A DNA stretch of 64,000 bases, taken from Phallusia mammillata. Taxonomy: Eukaryota. Of this stretch, positions 11,275 through 24,959 are shown piece by piece. Each line of letters starts with the position of its first letter. Position 1 is the first letter of the stretch. The notes under the pieces are model-generated. The model was given only the letters and a program-made list of their open reading frames with translations, was not told the DNA's origin and did not search any database. The translations under genes and the position numbers were made by a program. The stretch is from the NCBI GenBank assembly GCA_965637545.1, contig OZ281496.1:8618001-8682000 (forward strand), given 5' to 3'.

Positions 11275-12153
11275 ATGGAATCAAACACTTCCAATCTTAC
11301 TAACATCTATGTACGAACGAACAAATTTTCCCCTCAAAGAATTGCTTCGCTGACGATAGATACAACTGCACTTTTCGTTACCATTTACTTCACTATTGCA
11401 ATATTTGCCTATGGTTGTTCACACAACAAGTACAAAAGTGGAGATAGGAATTCACGGGTTATGTATATGTTGACAAGTGCAGCGTCTATCTTAGTGAACA
11501 TATACATTGTGTTTGACATCAGTTTTGTGAATGTGGGTTACACTGAAGGATCAACATATGTCTGTCAAATCCTAGAGAAAATTAAGCCCATGGTGCTAGC
11601 TTTCAGTTTCTGTACAGCTTACACATTTCTGTGGTTGAAACAACGTTGCTTCTATAAAAGTACGCTTTTGAATCACCTTTACAAAGCTTGGATTAAAGTA
11701 CTAAGTTGGTCGAGCATTGTCTTTTTGAGTTTAGGCGTATTGATTTCTTGCATTGGATACTCCATTACACAAAGAGTTCATTCAATTGGCTATGGATGCA
11801 TAAAAGTTAATGGAAATGTAAAATGGCCTTGGATAGCGGGAGGTGCAATTGATTTTGGGGGCCAGTGCTTGCTATTGTTTCTTTTCCTTTATCCATTCAA
11901 ATGCGCCCAGCAAGGAGTAAATGACATTGCCGGGTTACAAATGATAAAAAGAAGCGCTTTCTTGTCATTTCTGTGTATTTCAACCGATATTTTAGCAATC
12001 ATTGTCAGTAATAATTTGGACGTAGAGCTGTTTGCAGCAGCAACCAGTTGCAACGTAGTAGCTCTTGTTTTAACGTTTGAAACATGGAAAGAAATACTGA
12101 AGTCTCCTCTGTTACTTTTCACAAGACGGGAAACCCTTGACATCCAAAAGTGA
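11275..12153 (+). CDS. Intronless orphan 7TM (GPCR-like) membrane protein, 292 aa
   Basis: ATG at 11275 (the TTG start at 11227 is not conserved in the paralog). Seven hydrophobic segments, N-terminal sequons NTS and NLT, Cys at the top of TM3 (YVCQ) and in ECL2 (GYGC). Full-length paralog at 50733-51611. Confidence 0.9.
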   Translation: MESNTSNLTNIYVRTNKFSPQRIASLTIDTTALFVTIYFTIAIFAYGCSHNKYKSGDRNSRVMYMLTSAASILVNIYIVFDISFVNVGYTEGSTYVCQILEKIKPMVLAFSFCTAYTFLWLKQRCFYKSTLLNHLYKAWIKVLSWSSIVFLSLGVLISCIGYSITQRVHSIGYGCIKVNGNVKWPWIAGGAIDFGGQCLLLFLFLYPFKCAQQGVNDIAGLQMIKRSAFLSFLCISTDILAIIVSNNLDVELFAAATSCNVVALVLTFETWKEILKSPLLLFTRRETLDIQK

Positions 12154-12712
12154 TTTGTTTTTGTTTTTTAGTGACATTATTGTCCACATTGACTAATTGC
12201 TGATGATTTAAGGCACACTAGTTTTGTATGATAGTTTTCTGTTGCTTTTTTTTCGGTTTCTACTTGTCGCATAGTGTATGTAGTCTTGCTAGAAATAAAT
12301 AAATGCACAAACATCAGGGTATTGTTGATGCTTGGTTCAAATAAAGTTCCACAGTTGTGGAAATTATAGCATGGCTTGATTAAAGGGGATTTTGAGATCC
12401 AAGATGGCTGCTGAAAGTCAGAAATCTTTTTTTTTGCTGAAAGTACCGAATCAGGGCTGTTTGTAAGCATTCCCGTGTAGACTCGAAAACAATGTCAGGC
12501 TTACTAACATCAGACCGTATTGCCGATGGGTGGTGCAAAAGCACATAAGTCTAAGAAAAGACAAGTGAACACTTTAGACAATTGGTGTTATGCGTGTTAA
12601 GGCTGTACCTTTTAATGTTTTCTAAATGCAATAGTATTTGTTTCTGTTAACAAGTCTCATTTTTAAATGCATTTACATTTCGGACAAAATGTTAATTTTA
12701 ATATTTTTTCGA

Positions 12713-13233
12713 ACCGTAGTATACGTTTGTGGTTTTGCTGAAACCTAAAAGACTAATTCAAACACTTTTAATGCTGGCTGAAAATAGAAAGTTGGTCGAG
12801 TATTGTCTTTCTGAGTTTGGGCATGTTTACTTCTTGCATTGGGTATTTGATTACTCGAAGAATTCAGTCATTTGGACATGGATGCATAAAGATTGCTGGA
12901 AATGTAGAGTGGCCTTTGATAGTGGGAGATGCAATTGATTTTGGGGGCCAGTGCTTACTTTTATTTCTTTTCCTTTATCCATTCACATGTGCCCAGCAAG
13001 AAGCATTTGGCATTGCCGCGTTACAAATGATAAAACAAAGCGCTTTCTTGTCGCTTCTTTGCATTTCAACAGATATTGTGGGAATACTTATTAACTTGCA
13101 TGTGGAGGTTCATCTATTTGCAGCAGCAATTTCTTGCAACCTAGTAGCTCTTGTTTTAACGTTCGAAACGTGGAAAGAAATATTGAAATATCCTCTGTCA
13201 CTTTTTACATGGTGTGAAAAAGTTGATATCTAA
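12713..13233 (+). pseudogene. 7TM pseudogene with internal deletion (N-terminus to TM4)
   Basis: Family 5' leader gaaccgtagtatacgttt...ctgaaac and a degraded start (tcaaacact) are joined almost directly to SWSSIVFLSLG (~12789). TM4-TM7 are open to the stop at 13233. Confidence 0.8.
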
Positions 13234-13598
13234 GAATGAATGCTTTATTTCTTATTACATTGTTGTTTAAGTCTGATATGTTTTTACTGATCCTTATAAC
13301 TGTGAATGTTTTCTTGTTTTTTGTCTTTTCGAAGTTGCCATCAATTTTGCAATTTTTAAAAGTTTTTGATTTGTATTTTTTACTATTGTTTCGTAAACGG
13401 ATTTTATATATCAATATCAATTTATATATCAATTCATAACTGGGATCTGACCTGAAGGGTTTATGCAGAGCAGCGATCAGGGTACAGTCATATGCAAATC
13501 ATAGTACGCAAAGACCATTAAACGTGTTGTACTGCATCAGCCGGTCACCAAGGATTCACCACCACATGGCACGGCGTAGGCTAGAAAAAAGGCTGCGA

Positions 13599-13686
13599 TG
13601 ACAGGAGTGTTTCCGCAACCCAGGCTTTACCAACTAAGCTATACAGGTTCAGCGGTAAACTCGTTGAATCACAAGCATTATTGCCT
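13599..13686 (-). ncRNA. tRNA-related element, partial copy 2
   Basis: Minus strand tatagcttagttggtaaagc...cactcctgtca aligns with copies at 10050-10177 and 58512-58640, then diverges. Confidence 0.35.
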
Positions 13687-13879
13687 GCCTCATAAGCACA
13701 TGGCACCTTCGTAGTAAGGGATTGTTTACACTTTCATAACCAATACGCCAGTCCTGAACCGACTAACTCATACGCGGAAATAGTGATAAAAACATCAACT
13801 AGAGTAAACGGCTCGTAATTACAACGACTTCCTTCATAAAGTGTATACAATGAACGTTGTCGTTTATTCGAAATCATGC

Positions 13880-14200
13880 GTGACAAGGCTTTCTAAATAA
13901 GATTAATAACGGGTTATTAGCTTGCAAAGCGACATAAGTTATACATAAAATGCAGGCAAGGCAAAACCGCCCCACGTATTGCGGCGTTCAAGTCATTTAG
14001 TGTAAACAGGCCAGAAAACATTGCAAGCTGAACATTTTATAAAACTTCGCATTTTGTCTTTAATCATACACAGCTCGTTTGTCAAATCAGTTCACGTGAT
14101 CAAACGTAGTGATCTGATTTGTCGAGTTGTGTCATGTTGCGATAGCCTGGTATTAAGGCTTAAAGAAGATTTCCTCTTTAAACATCGTTCTCTGCAATGC
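13880..14200. repeat. Dispersed repeat with CACGTGATC core
   Basis: Inverted homology to ~56350-56660; related segments at ~27540-27870, ~28170-28205 and ~56660-56980. Confidence 0.65.
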
Positions 14201-14637
14201 GATACAGCGGATGTGTTGACCAAGTCAGGTAAGCCAACACAAAAAGGTTCGAATTTTGTTTCTTACCCTTTCGCTGGTATATTACGCAACAAGACACCCT
14301 TTGTGTAATTTGTTATGAGCGCAGGTCACCCTACATTTAAGCACTTCCCTTCCGCCGGCAAAAGAACACCTTTCTTAAGCAGGCATGGGAAAATACAATT
14401 TGTCATGAGTACAAGGCCTTCTTCCGCTGTTATTGAAGATTGGTGCGAATTAAAGTTTGGTGTGTGGTTTCTTTACTGTACATATGTGTTTGTCTGACGA
14501 ATGGTGTCGCTGTTGCTCGTTTAGATCTGTATCTGTGTCGTTATTTTGCAGAGAGCCGTGTTTATTCCACGCGTCATTTAGCCTTGATCCAAAAAGATTC
14601 TGTTGTTCGCACTGGCAGTTTATTCTGCACCGAAGAT

Positions 14638-14797
14638 CAGTGCGGGATTAACCATTAGGCAAAGTAGGCACGTGCAAAATCCTGGCCAATTGATTGATTT
14701 GGCAACTCCGATAATTCTCATTTTTAGTTGGCAACCCTGATTTTCGGGCCACTTATAAAATGGGCCTACAGGCCAGCAGACTCGTAATCCGGCACTG
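14638..14797. mobile_element. Short hAT-type MITE related to 1466-1843
   Basis: Termini cagtgcgggatta / taatccggcactg; shares ttaggcaaag and ccctgattttcgggcca with the 1466 copy. TSD imperfect. Confidence 0.6.
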
Positions 14798-16192
14798 CTA
14801 AGATGCGACGCTACTGCGTGTATTAACTATTTCACACACAAAAAAACATTTTTTTAAATATTTGACCATTTAAAAACATCTCGAAGATACCAACACATAA
14901 TAATCGAGCTCATTAACTGTTTGAACATGGCGCTTGCACAGGTTTAAACATTAGGCCGAACGAATTCTGTACAAGAAACAAATATTTTTATTAGATTTAC
15001 GGTTATTTCGGATCGGGTTTTGGTGCGAGCTTTATTTGGGTTGACAAATAGGCTTCAAATGGGATTCGGGCTTGAATTTCGATCCCTTTTGCATCTCTGC
15101 AAAAAAAAAACGATCGAACTTCTTTGAAAATGTTTGCATTTACATTGATAGGAAAATACGTGCAGTTTAATAGACTGTGCAGCTCAGAATATTACTATAT
15201 TTTTGCGCTCATGGATTCAATCCGTTATTACTAGTTTACTGATTGAAAAAAAAAAATCGGCTGTTCATCAACGAAATTCAGAAGTGACAAATATGCTTTA
15301 TTAGAAATCGCTTTGGCATCTAAAATATTCTCTGAATTAAGTTGCAAAATGCTTGTTGTGCATGTTTCCATCTTCACTGTAAACATATTCTTCACAATAT
15401 TCATCACACTTGGCAGGTGGTATGTGGCCTAAAATGCTTTGCAAACCACTGTGTCGACAAAAACAGAATTTCGTATTGGCACATTTGTTCAAGGCATGCA
15501 AGCGAAGGAAACAATTGCACGGTCAATTGATTTGCATTGGCGAGTGCTTGCAGGCACAGAAATCTAATACGAATTGAGTAAACCCATTTTTTTCAGTTTG
15601 CTCGTTTACATGCGGTTTGGACAAGCTTAATTAAAGCCAAACATTTTGAAACAGTTAAGCATGTTTCGAAGTAACTAGCTTTTTGTGCTGAGTTGTTTTA
15701 AGTCTGTTTATTTTGCTTTCTGAAAGAGCGTATAGCGACACAATGACATTGAAACACGAATGGCACAATTGGTGGATATGGCTAAACGCGCTGCTGCTAA
15801 GTCTGCACTGTATTGTAAAGATTAAGGTAGCGGCAGCTCATAAGATACTGAACTTTGCACGCTGTTAGTATTACAAGATTGGGAACAATTCAATTTCTTG
15901 TTTGTCAAAGTTAGTTTACACATAAAAGAGGTACATTTGATAGGATTTTGTTAGTATTTATAGTTCAGTTGTAGATGCCTCTATGTATAGCTTGTTAAAG
16001 CGACCATGCCATCAGGTTTCGTTTTGAATTTAATAGCCGTGGTTTTGTTTGTATTTTACCTTACAGTTCGTTGTTAACTTAAAAACAATTCTAAAGACTT
16101 AAAGTGGTCAAAACCGACATATTGTGAAGAAAAGAGACAGCATACACAACTAAAACGAGAAAAGTTGATAATTCAATATTGACAAACATAAG

Positions 16193-17035
16193 ATGGAAAA
16201 TTGTGTAAAAACTGCAACCAAAGAATTTGAATGCAATTTGTGTCAAAAATCGTTTACGCGAAAGTTTACTCTGAAACAACACGCTGCTACGCACACTGGA
16301 GAAAAACGCTATCAATGCGAGGTTTGCCAGAAAAAAGTTTTCACTAAAACGCTTTTGAAATCACACATGCTGACACATACGGATAGAAAAAGACCACATA
16401 AGTGTGAAATTTGTGATAAAGTTTTTTTGTCTGCTTCTGAATTGAAAAGACACAAGGTATCGCACACTGGTGTGAAACCATACAGTTGCGACATTTGCAA
16501 AAAGAAGTTTCAAACCTCAGGACATGTGAAGCAACATATGAAAAGCCATTCAGAAGAACGACCATACAAGTGCAAGCTCTGCGAAAAAAGTTACACCCAA
16601 TCTTCACACCTTTCAAGACACATGTTTCATCACACCGAGGAACAACCACATAAGTGTGGAGTGTGTGAAAAATCTTTTACAGAAAGAAGGTGTTTGGACA
16701 TACATCTTAATGTACACGTGGGTCTTAAACTGCATAAATGTACAATATGTCAGAATTTGAAGGCATTCAAATACCCAAGAACTCCAAGGAACCACATGCT
16801 TACTCATAGCAAGTAAAACCTCACAAGTGTAAGTTTTTTGAAAAAGAGTTTGCGTGAAGAAATGGTCTCAATAAACACATGTTGAGTCATAAAGAAGGAA
16901 AGCCCTTTAAATGTCCTTCTTGTGAAAAAGGATTCAATCATTTTTAAATTTCAAAAAACTACACAGCTTGACACATTCAGGAATAAAGGTTCACCAATCA
17001 CCAGTGTGAAATATGTGAGAAAAAGTTTGCCAAAC
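16193..17035 (+). pseudogene. C2H2 zinc-finger array ZF2 (open for ~7 fingers, then decayed)
   Basis: ORF 16193-16816 (207 aa) of tandem fingers. Downstream sequence still aligns to ZF1/ZF3 fingers 8-10 but has a frameshift and stops (aagtaaaacc, tgcgtgaaga). Confidence 0.85.
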
Positions 17036-17383
17036 AAACAGTCAGTTACTTTGAGTTTAAATTTCTAAGACTGGTTTTAAATTCATAAGTTTATTTGCTG
17101 CCAAAATCTTTGTTAGTAACCGTCTTGTAGAAACTCTAAAAAGTTGGTTCTGTTGTATCTTTGCATAAACATTTCGTTTGATGATTCCAGATATGTATTA
17201 ATTTTGATCAAATCAAGCCTGTACAAAACTCAGCAAGAACATCGGTTGCAAGCCGTCACGTAAAATGAAACAAGGAACACGCGTACGTGTACATCAAAAG
17301 AAAACTTTGGTTTAGGGCTAAACACGAAAGGTATTTTGAAAACATTGGTAACATCTGTCATAATAAAAGAAAATCAAAAAAAG

Positions 17384-20300
17384 CTACATGGCAACGAGTT
17401 CAGCATTATTTCGGCGAGCAGAAGCAGCACGAACTTTCTTACATTGATTCACTGCGCTGTCAATCACAGATGAATAAAGCAACGGGTTGAGGGCGCTGTT
17501 GATCGGAAGCAAAACCGCAGCTGCAAGCACATAAACGATATCGGATAATACTACACCACCAAGCGACAAATAACTGAGGATGCAAATCGGAATCCAGCAA
17601 CAGAAATCGGTCAGAAGCAATCTGGATATTCGCTTCTGCATTTTGGCGCTGGTATCATTGTTTCTTGCCTCAGCCATGCGATTGCTGCGTCGATAAATAA
17701 GGACATAAGCGGCAACCATAAAAATAAACATGACAAAATCAACTGTGATAATAAACAGTGAGTATCCCCAAGCTGAATGGCTACTTGAAGCAAAGAATCT
17801 TGGCAAACACACGCTGGTTTTAGCATAGTAACCAAACTCTCCTTTGATTGATTGCCCTGACATTTTAATGTTGATGACTTGTTTAGCGTCGTGCCATGAC
17901 AGAACGGTGCTGTTGGTGGGTGACATACGTTGTGCCAAGAAACAAAATCACGCTTGTGAATGAAATTGGGAAACCATACTGTTGTCACAAAGTAACCAGA
18001 TGCAAAATCAATTGTGGGATTGATGGCAATGACCAAACCAACACACCAAGTAAGGAAACACCCCAATATTATCCATTTAGGCTCAAGTGACGTAGTTAGA
18101 AATGGGTTCCACACAGACACAAGTCGATAGACTGATATCAGTGCCATGGTTAAAGCCGAAGTCTGAGATGAAATGACACACAGTACACCCACGATCGAGC
18201 ATTGTGTGCTTGAACGCCATTGAGAATCAAAATAACAATAACTTCCAGAAAACTGGAAAATTTTGGCTGCAACGGTAAGTAAATAGATTCCCATTAACAT
18301 GTCGGAAACTGATTGGTTGACAATGAAAATTTGAGTACATTTATTTACACAATTGTTAAAATTCCAGTTTTGATATGTCTTTCTGACAGTGGTTGCAGCA
18401 ACTATGAAATTCCCTATCAATGCAAGGATACCCATTATCCATATAAACACAGTTAAAATAGGGTTGGCAATCATTTCCTTCTGATTGGAGAAAATAGTGT
18501 TATGTGAACTGATAGGTGGGCATTCGTCACTGCCGTCCAAGCAGTCTTTGATTCCATCTTCTTTTTCAGCCATGGGCACTGATAGTGGATTTCCATTAAG
18601 ACAATAAAACCTCCTGTCCTTACAGCGATCTTTTGCCTCATCCGATTTATCGTCACAATCGTAGTTTCCATCGCAAACTTTCATGACGTCAATACTTAAT
18701 AAACCTCAGTTGTTACAAATATGGCGTTTGGGACAAAGTGATTCGTTGTAGGAGCTGCCTAACGATCCATCACACATCCAGTATTGTGCTGCATCTGACA
18801 TAAATTGGGTGTCATAGCAAAACGCTGGTGGATTTGGGCAGTTATAGCACTCATCAGTGGCATTTAAACAATCTGGTCTTCCGTCGCATGCTACACCTAA
18901 AGTATTTCTCTTGTCACATATTATAGCGTCAATTTGTGGATAGCAGTAGTTCGTGTTTACCCAGTCCAAGCAGACAACAGATTCATTGCACAACACAGAA
19001 CCTATTGGAAGGCAATCTGTTTGGTTGTAACAGTGCATATGACCTGCTGGACAAGTTGACTGGGAATCGCCAAGCACAGCTTTGCACACGCTCTGATTCT
19101 CGCACAAGCATTCATCTGACAGGTCGCAGTCAATCACTCCGTCGCACACCTGCTTCCTTGAGATAACTATTTTCATGTCCAAGCAAAGGAAGCATCGGAA
19201 TTCTCCGTTGACAAAACACAGATCAGATTTGTCAGCGCACTGAGCGTCTTGGTCGTAGAGATTGATCTGTGGCAAGCTACATGGAAATGTCAACCAATAT
19301 CCAAGACAGTCGAAACTCGGTTTCACATAATCGTGGTAGCCACTTGAGGTTATAAAAGGACAAAAAGCAAACAAAGCGATTTGATAGTTATTGTTAAGAT
19401 CTTGATAAAGAACAGGAGATGATAAAGGAGGCCCGTCCAGTGGTTGGCATTGGGGAATGTTGCAAATCCAGTAATTATCAGCACAAACTTTATCCTTGTG
19501 TCCTTCACACGGTCTGTGGTGCTGAATGCAATCTGAGGAATTGTTTGCTTGGTACATTAAAAATCTCTCCATCGATTTTACACTGGTGCAGTTAATTAAG
19601 ATCTGTTCGCATTTTAAACCATAGGTGTGTTTAAGATAGTCGCAAGGCTCATCGCTTTGATCAATGCAGTTCGGCTTTCCATCGGCCACTGTTGTGTTGG
19701 GTATGCATTGCCCAGTAGCAGGACATATCTGTTCATCATAGATACATCCGCACATTACTTGATCACCACTACATGTGCAATTGGTTTCGTCGCTGCTGTC
19801 TTCGCAGTTAGGTTCTCCGTTACATTTTAGAGATAATAGGATGCATTGTTTAGACTTGCACTCAAATTCATCTTCCCAGCACGGACAGTTGGCTTCATCA
19901 CTGTAATCTTTACAATCATCTATCATATCGCATACCTTCGAGCTTGGCAGACAGCCACGCAAACCAACACATGAGGAACTTTCGTAACATGCACATTGAA
20001 ACTCATTAACTGGGCAAGTGCAATTCACTTCGTCTGTTCCATCTAAACCAGGGGTGTCCAACCTTTTTGGCCAAAGGGCCACATGCGGTTTACGAATGAT
20101 TGCGCGGGCCACTTGAGTGTTACTGCCAATTTGGAATCTCTGTCTTATAATTTCTTATTAAAATCCTCACACCGAAATTCTAATCTTAGAAATGTGTATT
20201 ATCCTCGTTTACAGTTATAAGAACAATAAACCCACCAAGATACAGTTAAGTCAACAAAGTTTTTCCCACACGTCGACATTTCAATGTGCAAGTTTGGCAC

Positions 20301-21131
20301 TGTTTTTCTCTAACAAGTTCGGCAATATTCGGTGAGATGGACGATGGAGAATGCAGAGCGATTTTTCCATATGGCTGTCAGAAATTGCTGATCTTACAGG
20401 GGATTTGAAGTCACATGTCAATCTTTCTTGGAAAGTTCTGTTGGCGTTACTTGCTTTTTATTTCTTGTTTGGCATAATCTATATCACTGCAGAGTGCAGA
20501 AGATGTTTTTCTGATCAATGCGTTTTACGCGAGTCTGTGGTACCATGCAGATGTATTTCAATGAACCAAGAAACATTAGACTACTGACTGACTCTTCAAG
20601 CACGCATCAGATTGTGACGTAACAATGTAGAAATTGTGATGCGTAACAATGCGCATTGTGACGCAACAAAAGTAGCTTGAACAGTTGTGTATTACTACTC
20701 TATTAACAAAGAAATAAGGCAAACAACAATTAAAATGTCAATTTTTCGGAATGGAAGTTTGCCATAAATTACGTAGGCGATTAAGTTGTCATTTCAAAAA
20801 ATACTACGCGGGCCACTCAGAACCTTCCTGCGGGCCACATGTGGCCCGCGGGCCACGGGTTGGACGCCCTGATCTAAACAGTCATAGATGCCATCACATG
20901 TTTGTGTCTTTTCATAACATCCCAGACCATACGTGCAGTTACTGTCTCTTGGAAAACAGCCGCATTGGTATTGACTTTCATTGCAGACCGTTTTGTTGTA
21001 TATAGTACATAATTCGATAGGAACACATTGAGTTGCTCTAAATGTAGTTAAGATGTTGTCCGGTCTTGATGCTGGGCATCCACACACGAACTCTCCAATG
21101 TTGCAACTTTGCTGCTTATACCGACATTGTT
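17384..21131 (-). pseudogene. Giant terminal exon: ~9 LDLa modules + 7TM
   Basis: Acceptor tttttacag at 21132-21133; repeats CD...DC.D.SDE..C; TM motifs IWIMGILALIGN, LTDFCCWIP, LPINSALNPLLY. Lesions: MITE at 20049-20871, in-frame TGA at 18706-18708, 1-nt frameshift near 17940-17950. Confidence 0.9.
20049..20871. mobile_element. hAT-type MITE inside an LDLa-coding exon
   Basis: TIR caggggtgtccaacc / ggttggacgccctg; perfect TSD atctaaac (20041-20048, 20872-20879). Removing it restores CDGIYDCLDGTDEVNC. Confidence 0.92.
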
Positions 21132-22709
21132 CTGTAAAAAAGTACCGGTTCTTAAAAAAAAGTAATCAAATGTTACAGTTCAAAACATAAACCAGCAACC
21201 ACATATTTACAATATTTAGCTATAAAGCAACCTTGTTTTGCAATGTTACGGTCTTAATGTTTTTGGTTGACATCAGCTTTTTGCTGTGGTTTGAACTGGT
21301 TCAGTTCAAAGATCATTATTGTTTACATTTAATAAATAGTTAATAAATACAAGCAATGAATTATCTTTGGACTTAAAGTTAAAACCAGTAAGTTATTGAG
21401 CATTTTTTGACAACTCAGAACATATAAATGCCATGTTTTTACATGATGCTACCACTGGCTTGAAAACACGCTTAGAATTACTGATAAAATGAAAAGGTTT
21501 AATTGCGTTCCGAAAACAATTTGCTTACCATACGTAAAGAGACCTTCTGACAGTAGATTGTTGATTAACATTATAAGGGACAACAGCAGCACAAACCTAA
21601 CCATTTTTACCTTGCTAAATTATTTATTGATCTACTGCACAGTTAAAAACACTGTTTTAAATAGGACAATTCATGTGCAAATTCGGATAACTTCAATGCA
21701 AGTTCCATATGTTTGAAATCCATATGCCCCCTATGGATGCTTTGGCTCGACCAAATGGATACCAGACTAAGCGCGCAACGCGTAAACAACAGTTTGTTGA
21801 TGTGTGTGACAAACTATGGGCGCCGTTGACAGCTATAACTCATTGAATGGAAACGCACAATAGCGACTAAACAACTGCGTTCTTCCAACAAAATAAGCGC
21901 CGTGATATTGAGTTATGATGACTGTTGCAAGCACGAAATACTATGTCAAAGAAGGCTTGCGAAATAATTTCTGCATTTTAACTAAACCCTTGGGGTGAAG
22001 CGTTTACAGACTCATAATTTAAGTTATATGGGTTTTACTTTTTACATATTTCTCGTCAAACTACGGTTATATATTATGTTTGCCCAACTAACACCAACAT
22101 AACACTTTTTAACGACAACAAAACTCACAATTGCATTTTTGCATACTATTTACGCATTATTGTACGTAATTATTTATTTCCATGCAATAACCGCTGCACA
22201 CCCTTGTTATAATTATAAGTCTGAGAACTAAGTGGCTGCTTAATGTACCACCGATTTTAGGCAACAATTTGGATCTAACTCACAACAACGTTACCGACAC
22301 TGTCAGCTTAATACGAGTGAGGAAATAAGGAAGTGTCAGTACAGCCATCCTGCAAATGCCCTTCTACTAGAATTTTCGTCAATCGCTGCAATGCATTACT
22401 GAACAGCAACGATAACAAATTACCTTAACTTGAGCCGTTAGCGTTTTTGTTTTAAATTGTTTGCATTTGGTGTTGTTGCTTGATGCTTTTCTCTGCTCTT
22501 ATTGATTACAACAGTGGTCCACAAAACTTCCTATGCTTGCGACACATTTGAATTGATTGACAATTTCTTGTGACGTAACAAAATACTTTTACTTTTTTTA
22601 GACAAGTTAATGTGTTTTAGAAACAGTTATTTTTAGATCATAATCTATTAAACTGGCGCACACCGTTAATACAACTCGTCTGCTACTAGTTTTATTTGTT
22701 GCTTTAACT

Positions 22710-23291
22710 CAGGGGTGGGGAACTTACTTAGTACTGTGGGCCGCATGAATTGCACAACATTTTCGGGAGGGCCAAATATTTTTTTTATTTTCAAATTCCG
22801 TGTAATAATACCCTAAGCACACAATTGATTTTGTATTTTATCGCTCCAGATATGATTTTTTTCTTTGCTGTTACTTGTTTGCAACAAACAAGGCATACAG
22901 GTTTATCACCTAATTCGACTAAAATCTGTCCATTCTTTCTGGAACACCCTAGCTCCATTATACCGAATATATTTTATGTAACAATATAAGGATCCACGCT
23001 AATAGCTCTAAAATCAATTTAAAACTAACACCACATGGCAAATGATTTGTTACTGCAAGGAGAGACAATCAAGTGACAGTTACGTCACAAATACAGCAAG
23101 TGGTTGAATGTGTGGCAATTTTAATAAGTTTGGCGTCAAATGTGGAAATGTCGAAGTCTTTTCAAGTAAATATTTGCACATGAAAATTTTATTGTTGTTG
23201 TTTTTTATGCTATGTTTTATGCTGTACTTTGACAAAAATGTGACGCGGGCCACATTAAAAAGGCAAGCGGGCCGCAGGTTCCCCACCCCTG
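22710..23291. mobile_element. hAT-type MITE
   Basis: TIR caggggtggggaac / gttccccacccctg; perfect TSD ctttaact. Confidence 0.9.
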
Positions 23292-23325
23292 CTTTAACTT
23301 ATCTTTTTAACACGGCTGCCGTTAC

Positions 23326-23450
23326 CATCAACCAGCGGATGTAAACCGTGTAGTGTAAAGTATAAGTGCAGCATATCGGCTTCTAAAGTAAATACAATCG
23401 GCATCGTCCTGTGGTCACGATAAGTTAAACATTTTGTCATGAAATATCTC
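23326..23450 (-). pseudogene. Candidate internal exon of the receptor pseudogene
   Basis: Acceptor aatttcag and donor gtaacg flank an open frame RYFMTKCLTYRDHRTMPIVFTLEADMLHLYFTLHGLHPLVD; domain identity uncertain (weakly CUB-like). Confidence 0.35.
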
Positions 23451-23861
23451 CTGAAATTGTGAGGAAGTCAACAGCAGAGTATCCTGTCTCCGCATCAATA
23501 GTTTGTTCGCGTTGATTGGCAACTTTAACAAGAAAACTGACTTTATTCGGACAAATTTGTTACGTGAGCCGGTTTATTTGAAGTCACAGCAAAAGTACTT
23601 GACCTTAGACTTAAAAATGAAAACCAGTGATTTCAAAATTTACTATTTAACCAAAGTTTAAACAGTGTTGCAAACGTCGCCCCTACATCAGCACGTACTG
23701 TTTTTATTAAGCAATCATCTTGGTTTGATTCACTGATCTGTTACTAAAGTGTTTTTACGTAAGTTTCCTTGTTTGCCATTGAAAAAGACAAAGAATAATG
23801 GTGAATTTGTTCACGAGCAGTGTCACGAATTTAGTTATATTTGGTTGAATGGTCCCTAGTG

Positions 23862-24430
23862 CAGGGCGTCAAACTCCTGGGGTTCGTGGGCCACATTGCA
23901 GTTTGGAAATGCCGAGGGCCGCATGTAATTTTTAATCTAGTTCTAATACTCTTAAACAACCTTTTCGCTACGACGGCCTCATTGCAGATCATTGAAATTA
24001 CAGATGTAAATAAATAGGTTTTTATCGTATATATATATGTATATATATATATCATCTATTGACGATATAAAAGTTAAGATAAATTTTAAATCTGATGCAC
24101 AGGTAGAGCTGCACAGTGTAAACATCAGTTTTAATTGTTTATTACATCATAATTTGTAATGTGACGCTTTTGGCGCCTGTTTTTCGCATTGTCTGCACAC
24201 AATAATCCTACGAAAAGTTTGACGCATATGACTGGTAACTTAACGCTTTGAGGAACGGTTTAATTACTATTGTTTCATAACATATGGATTTTATTCATGA
24301 ATTAAATTTATGTAATGTTTAAATCATAGCTTTCACTTAGAAAAGTAAGTAAAATTTATTATAATTAGATAAAAATCTGACAAAACACTACAATTGTTGT
24401 TGAGTGTTCGCGGGCCGCATGCGGCAGAGT
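23862..24430. mobile_element. Degenerate hAT-type MITE
   Basis: 5' terminus cagggcgtcaaactc with gggccgc motifs; 3' end cgcgggccgcatgcggc is truncated and no TSD was found. Confidence 0.5.
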
Positions 24431-24959
24431 TGTTGTTTTTATGCTGCATTGCAATACGAATATTAAATAACGTTAACCACACTTTTTGTCATCACAGCAA
24501 GTTGTTTTTTTTCTGCTAGAAAATCATCAATGGCTTCATGTCATGCTTGTAATGATTCTGTCAAAACAATAAAAAACAGAAATATTTACACCTGAAAACG
24601 AGACTAAATAAAATGGCCTAATTGGTGGTTTTCCAGAAAACTAAAAATCTTTGTAAAATACTTTTGTCCTATTCAAACAAAAAAACAGTGGTTTTACGCT
24701 TTGTTGTCATTTATGTCATGGAGGTTGGTAATGCGCCAAACTGTTGTATTTCTGAGGCTTTCCATAAAATGTTTCTAACAATGCTGATTGGGTCCTGTCT
24801 AATGTCAGATAATGTGCGTAAAAAAATATTGGATTAACAGATTTTGAAAAAATATAGCTGAGAAATACACAACGACAATGAGAAATGATTAATCAATAAT
24901 GTAACGTTCTTTCAATGTTTTATGGTGTAATTTAAATACAGCAATATTTATACCAAAAC

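Noticed and set aside
18706-18708. In-frame TGA as selenocysteine
   Set aside because: Not at a conserved Cys position that I could identify, no SECIS recognised, and the same exon has a frameshift and a MITE insertion.
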